Positions 61,261 through 64,000 of a DNA stretch of 64,000 nt are shown here, in pieces. The notes beneath the pieces were generated by a model. That model saw nothing but the letters and a program-made list of their open reading frames with translations, did no database searches and had not been told where the DNA came from. Position 1 is the first letter of the stretch. Each line of letters begins with the position of its first letter. The DNA is from Vulcanimicrobiota bacterium. Its GTDB lineage: Bacteria; Vulcanimicrobiota; Vulcanimicrobiia; Vulcanimicrobiales; Vulcanimicrobiaceae. Location of the stretch: contig CAVTCS010000003.1 of NCBI GenBank assembly GCA_963733295.1, forward strand, positions 2,016,001 through 2,080,000. Reading direction: 5' to 3'. The position numbers and the translations under genes are program-made.

Positions 61261-63170
61261 TTAGACGACTTGGACCCGGACCGAATAGTCTTCACAGTCG
61301 AGTGTCAGATTCGCGTTATAGTTCGGATCGTGCGCGATGACCGTAGCCCACCGTTCCCGCATCTTCGCTTGTTCTTCGAGACTACGGGCGATCTTGAACG
61401 TACCTACGTCGTGACCCCGGCTTTTGGATTCGAAGTGGTAGAGCTGAACGTGTGGCAGGTTGACGATGCGGTAACCGGCTGCGACGATCTTGAGGCACAA
61501 ATCGATGTCGTTGAACGCGACGGTGAGCTCCTCGTCAAAGCCCCCGACCCGCTCGAAAACCTCGCGCCGGGTCATCAGGCAAGCGCCGGTCACCGCCGAG
61601 TAGTTGTTGATCGCTTTGAGCATGTTGGCGTGACCGTTGGCCGCGAGGGGAAAGTGCTTGTGGCTGTGACCGGCCACCCCGCCCAGGCCGATGACGACCC
61701 CGGCGTGCTGGACCGTGTCGTCGGGAATAGCAGCAGCGCACCGACAGCCCCGATGCTGGGACGCTGCGCCTGCTCGACCATGGCCGCAATCCAGCCCGCG
61801 CTCTTGGCTTCGGTATCGTTGTTGAGGAAGAGCACGTAGTGGCCGGTGCTCTTGCTGACAGCGTAGTTGTTGATACGCGAGAAGTTGAAGGGCACGTTGT
61901 AGCGCACCACGCGCACGCGCGGCTCCTTTTTGGCCCAGCGCTCGAAGGTCGCAAGCGACGCTTTCTCGGTGCTGCCGTTATCGAGCAGGATCACCTCGAG
62001 GTCCTTATAGCCCGCCTTGGCAAAGAGCGAAGAGAGGCAGCGCTCCACGTCCTCACCGTGATCGCGCGTGGGAACGATCACGCTGACCCGTTTGGGGTCG
62101 CGGATCGCATAGCGCACCAGGTACACCCCCGCGCAGTCGGCGCGCTCGGCAACCGTACCCGGTTCGCCCCGCCGCTCGAGTGCTTCGGCGATGGCCCGCT
62201 CGGCAGCCCGCGAACTGTAGGGCTCGGCGCGCGAGATCCCCGAGGCCGAGCCGCTGTGCTTGCGCCAGTGGTAAAGCACGCGCGGGATGTGGCGAATCCG
62301 CTCGGTCCGCTCGCTCAAGCGCAAGACCAAATCGTAGTCTTGGCTGCCGGCAAACTCGACGCGCAACCCACCCAGTTCCTCGACCAGCGCACGCCGGTAC
62401 ACCCCAAAGTGGCAGGTGTACATTCGCGAGAGGAACGAGTCGGGCGACCAGTCGGGTTTGAAGTGCGGCTCGCAGTAGAGTCCCGCCTCGTCGATCTTGT
62501 CCTCATCGGAGTAGAGCATGTCGACGTCGGGATAGCGGTTGATCGTCAGCGCGACTTCAAAGAGCGCGTCGGGCGAAAGCGTATCGTCGTGATCGAGAAA
62601 ACCCACGAACTCGCCTGTCGCCAAAGCCAGTGCGAGTTGCTCGCCGCGGCGATGTGGCCGTTCTGGGCGCGATAGATCACCTTGATGCGCGGGTCCAGTG
62701 CGGCGATTCTCGAGTACTTTGCGGACGTGCCGCTCTTTGGAGGCGTCGTCGGCGATGCACAACTCCCAATTGGGATAGGCTTGCGCGAGCACCGACTCGA
62801 TCGCCTCGCGCAAAAACCATTCGGGAGTCTCGTACGTCGCCATGATCACGCTGATCACCACGCGCCGCGGCAGCGCCTCGGACATCTCGCGCATCCGCAT
62901 TACATCCGAAGAACGCGACATGTTGCGCTGCAACCAGTGCGCATATGGCTCAGATGCGACTGCGGAACTCGCGAGCACCGGGGGAACTTGGTAGGGCGGC
63001 CAGGCGCCGTCTGCTGAGAACCCGAGCTTCTTCTTCAGGGCAAAGAAAACGTTCCGCAGCTTCCAAAAGCGGCTCAATTCCATCGTGCGGATCCGCCGCG
63101 TCATGTCGTCGATGAGCGGTTTCAAATTCGTCGCGTAGTCGCTTGAGGCTGGCCGCTTCGGATTGTTCAC
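61261..63170 (-). CDS. Double-domain glycosyltransferase family 2 (frameshifts)
   Basis: LCIADDAS, FLDHDD, YSDEDK, GSQDYD, FNFSRINN, LNND, SAVTGAC, FNDIDLCL. Confidence 0.9.
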
Positions 63171-63246
63171 AGAATTACTATCGTGCTCTTCAAGTCGCCG
63201 TGATGCTGGAGGAGACTAGAAAACTTCTCGCCTAGTTACTCATTCA

Positions 63247-64000
63247 ATGCTCTACAGATTCCCGGTCGGCTTCCAGAAGCATCCGGAGCGGGCGCCAGGC
63301 TCGATCGACGAGGTTCGCGTGCTTGACGGCGCTGCGGAACTCGACGATCTGCCTGCATCCAAAGAAGTGCCACGCGGTTGCACCTTAGTCGTCCGGGGAT
63401 GGGCTTTCGATCCCCTCACGATGGCGCCGGCCGCCAAGGTGGTCGTGACGATGGACGACCGCTTTCCGGCCGAGGCGAACTACGGCTCACCACGTGAGGA
63501 CATCGCCGGGCATTTTCAACAAAGCGAGCTCAACCCGACCGGCTTTAAAGCGATGATATCGACCGGCGGCGTTGCACTCGCGCCCACCTCCTGAAACTCT
63601 ACGTCCTTGCCGGCGATGGTTCGACGTTTTTCGAAACCTCGAGCGAATATTCGCTTGAAGTCGTTCAGGCGCGCCGCCAGATACCCGGCGACCCGCGGCT
63701 GCGCCGGGCGCGATTCACGTCGGCATCGACAGGTCAGAACGACGAGTGAAGGCGCAGGCGCGCCCGCCTTTCCAAAAGTGCCGCGGGGCGCGATTCTCTT
63801 CGTGCGGTCTGGGCGTTCGATGTCGCCCGAAAGATGCCGTGCCGTCGCGTCTACGTCACTTTGGGAGACGAATGCGTTCGCGCGATCTATGGCTTGCCGC
63901 GCGACGATGTCGCCAAAGACCAGCAGGTTGCTTCGGGTCGAGCGACCGGCTTCATCGCGCGCCTCACGACGGCCTCGCTGGGTGCCGGGGCATACACGCT
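63247..64000 (+). CDS. Hypothetical protein with tandem Ig-like modules (frameshifted, runs off window)
   Basis: GSIDE...GWAFDP...YGSPREDIA...TGF, then WAFD...YGLPRDDVA...TGF...GAYT. Confidence 0.65.

Overview
High-GC bacterial chromosomal segment. Gene style and content are consistent with Vulcanimicrobiota/Ca. Eremiobacterota; this is inference, not verified. Many single-base frameshifts in otherwise intact genes suggest an error-prone long-read assembly. Left arm: partial AcrB-type RND pump, a Liv-type ABC importer, an amidase, and a narK + FGE-sulfatase (NirV-like) pair. tRNA-Leu(GAG) at 11975-12058 is flanked by accessory DNA. The ~12.1-23.1 kb segment is a lower-GC, decayed island with secreted ORFans, a broken CPBP/Abi protease, two IS3, one IS110 and one IS256 element, and a hidden frameshifted Rhs polymorphic toxin with a phospholipase A2-type tip plus a candidate membrane immunity gene. 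Middle: dppBC, kce, two tandem sedolisin (S53) genes, a mntP-DUF2079-kamB-kamC-like operon, proline dehydrogenase, a HEAT-cyclophilin fusion, a KGG stress protein, dnaG-rpoD, a serine hydrolase, and a Vgb-like propeller gene bracketed by a duplicated start of the downstream HD gene. Right arm: surface-polysaccharide locus (GT2, GT4, O-antigen ligase, epimerases, nucleotide-sugar dehydrogenase, wzm/wzt) in which an unnamed Ig-like module recurs. No CRISPR, rRNA, reverse transcriptase or integrase was seen.
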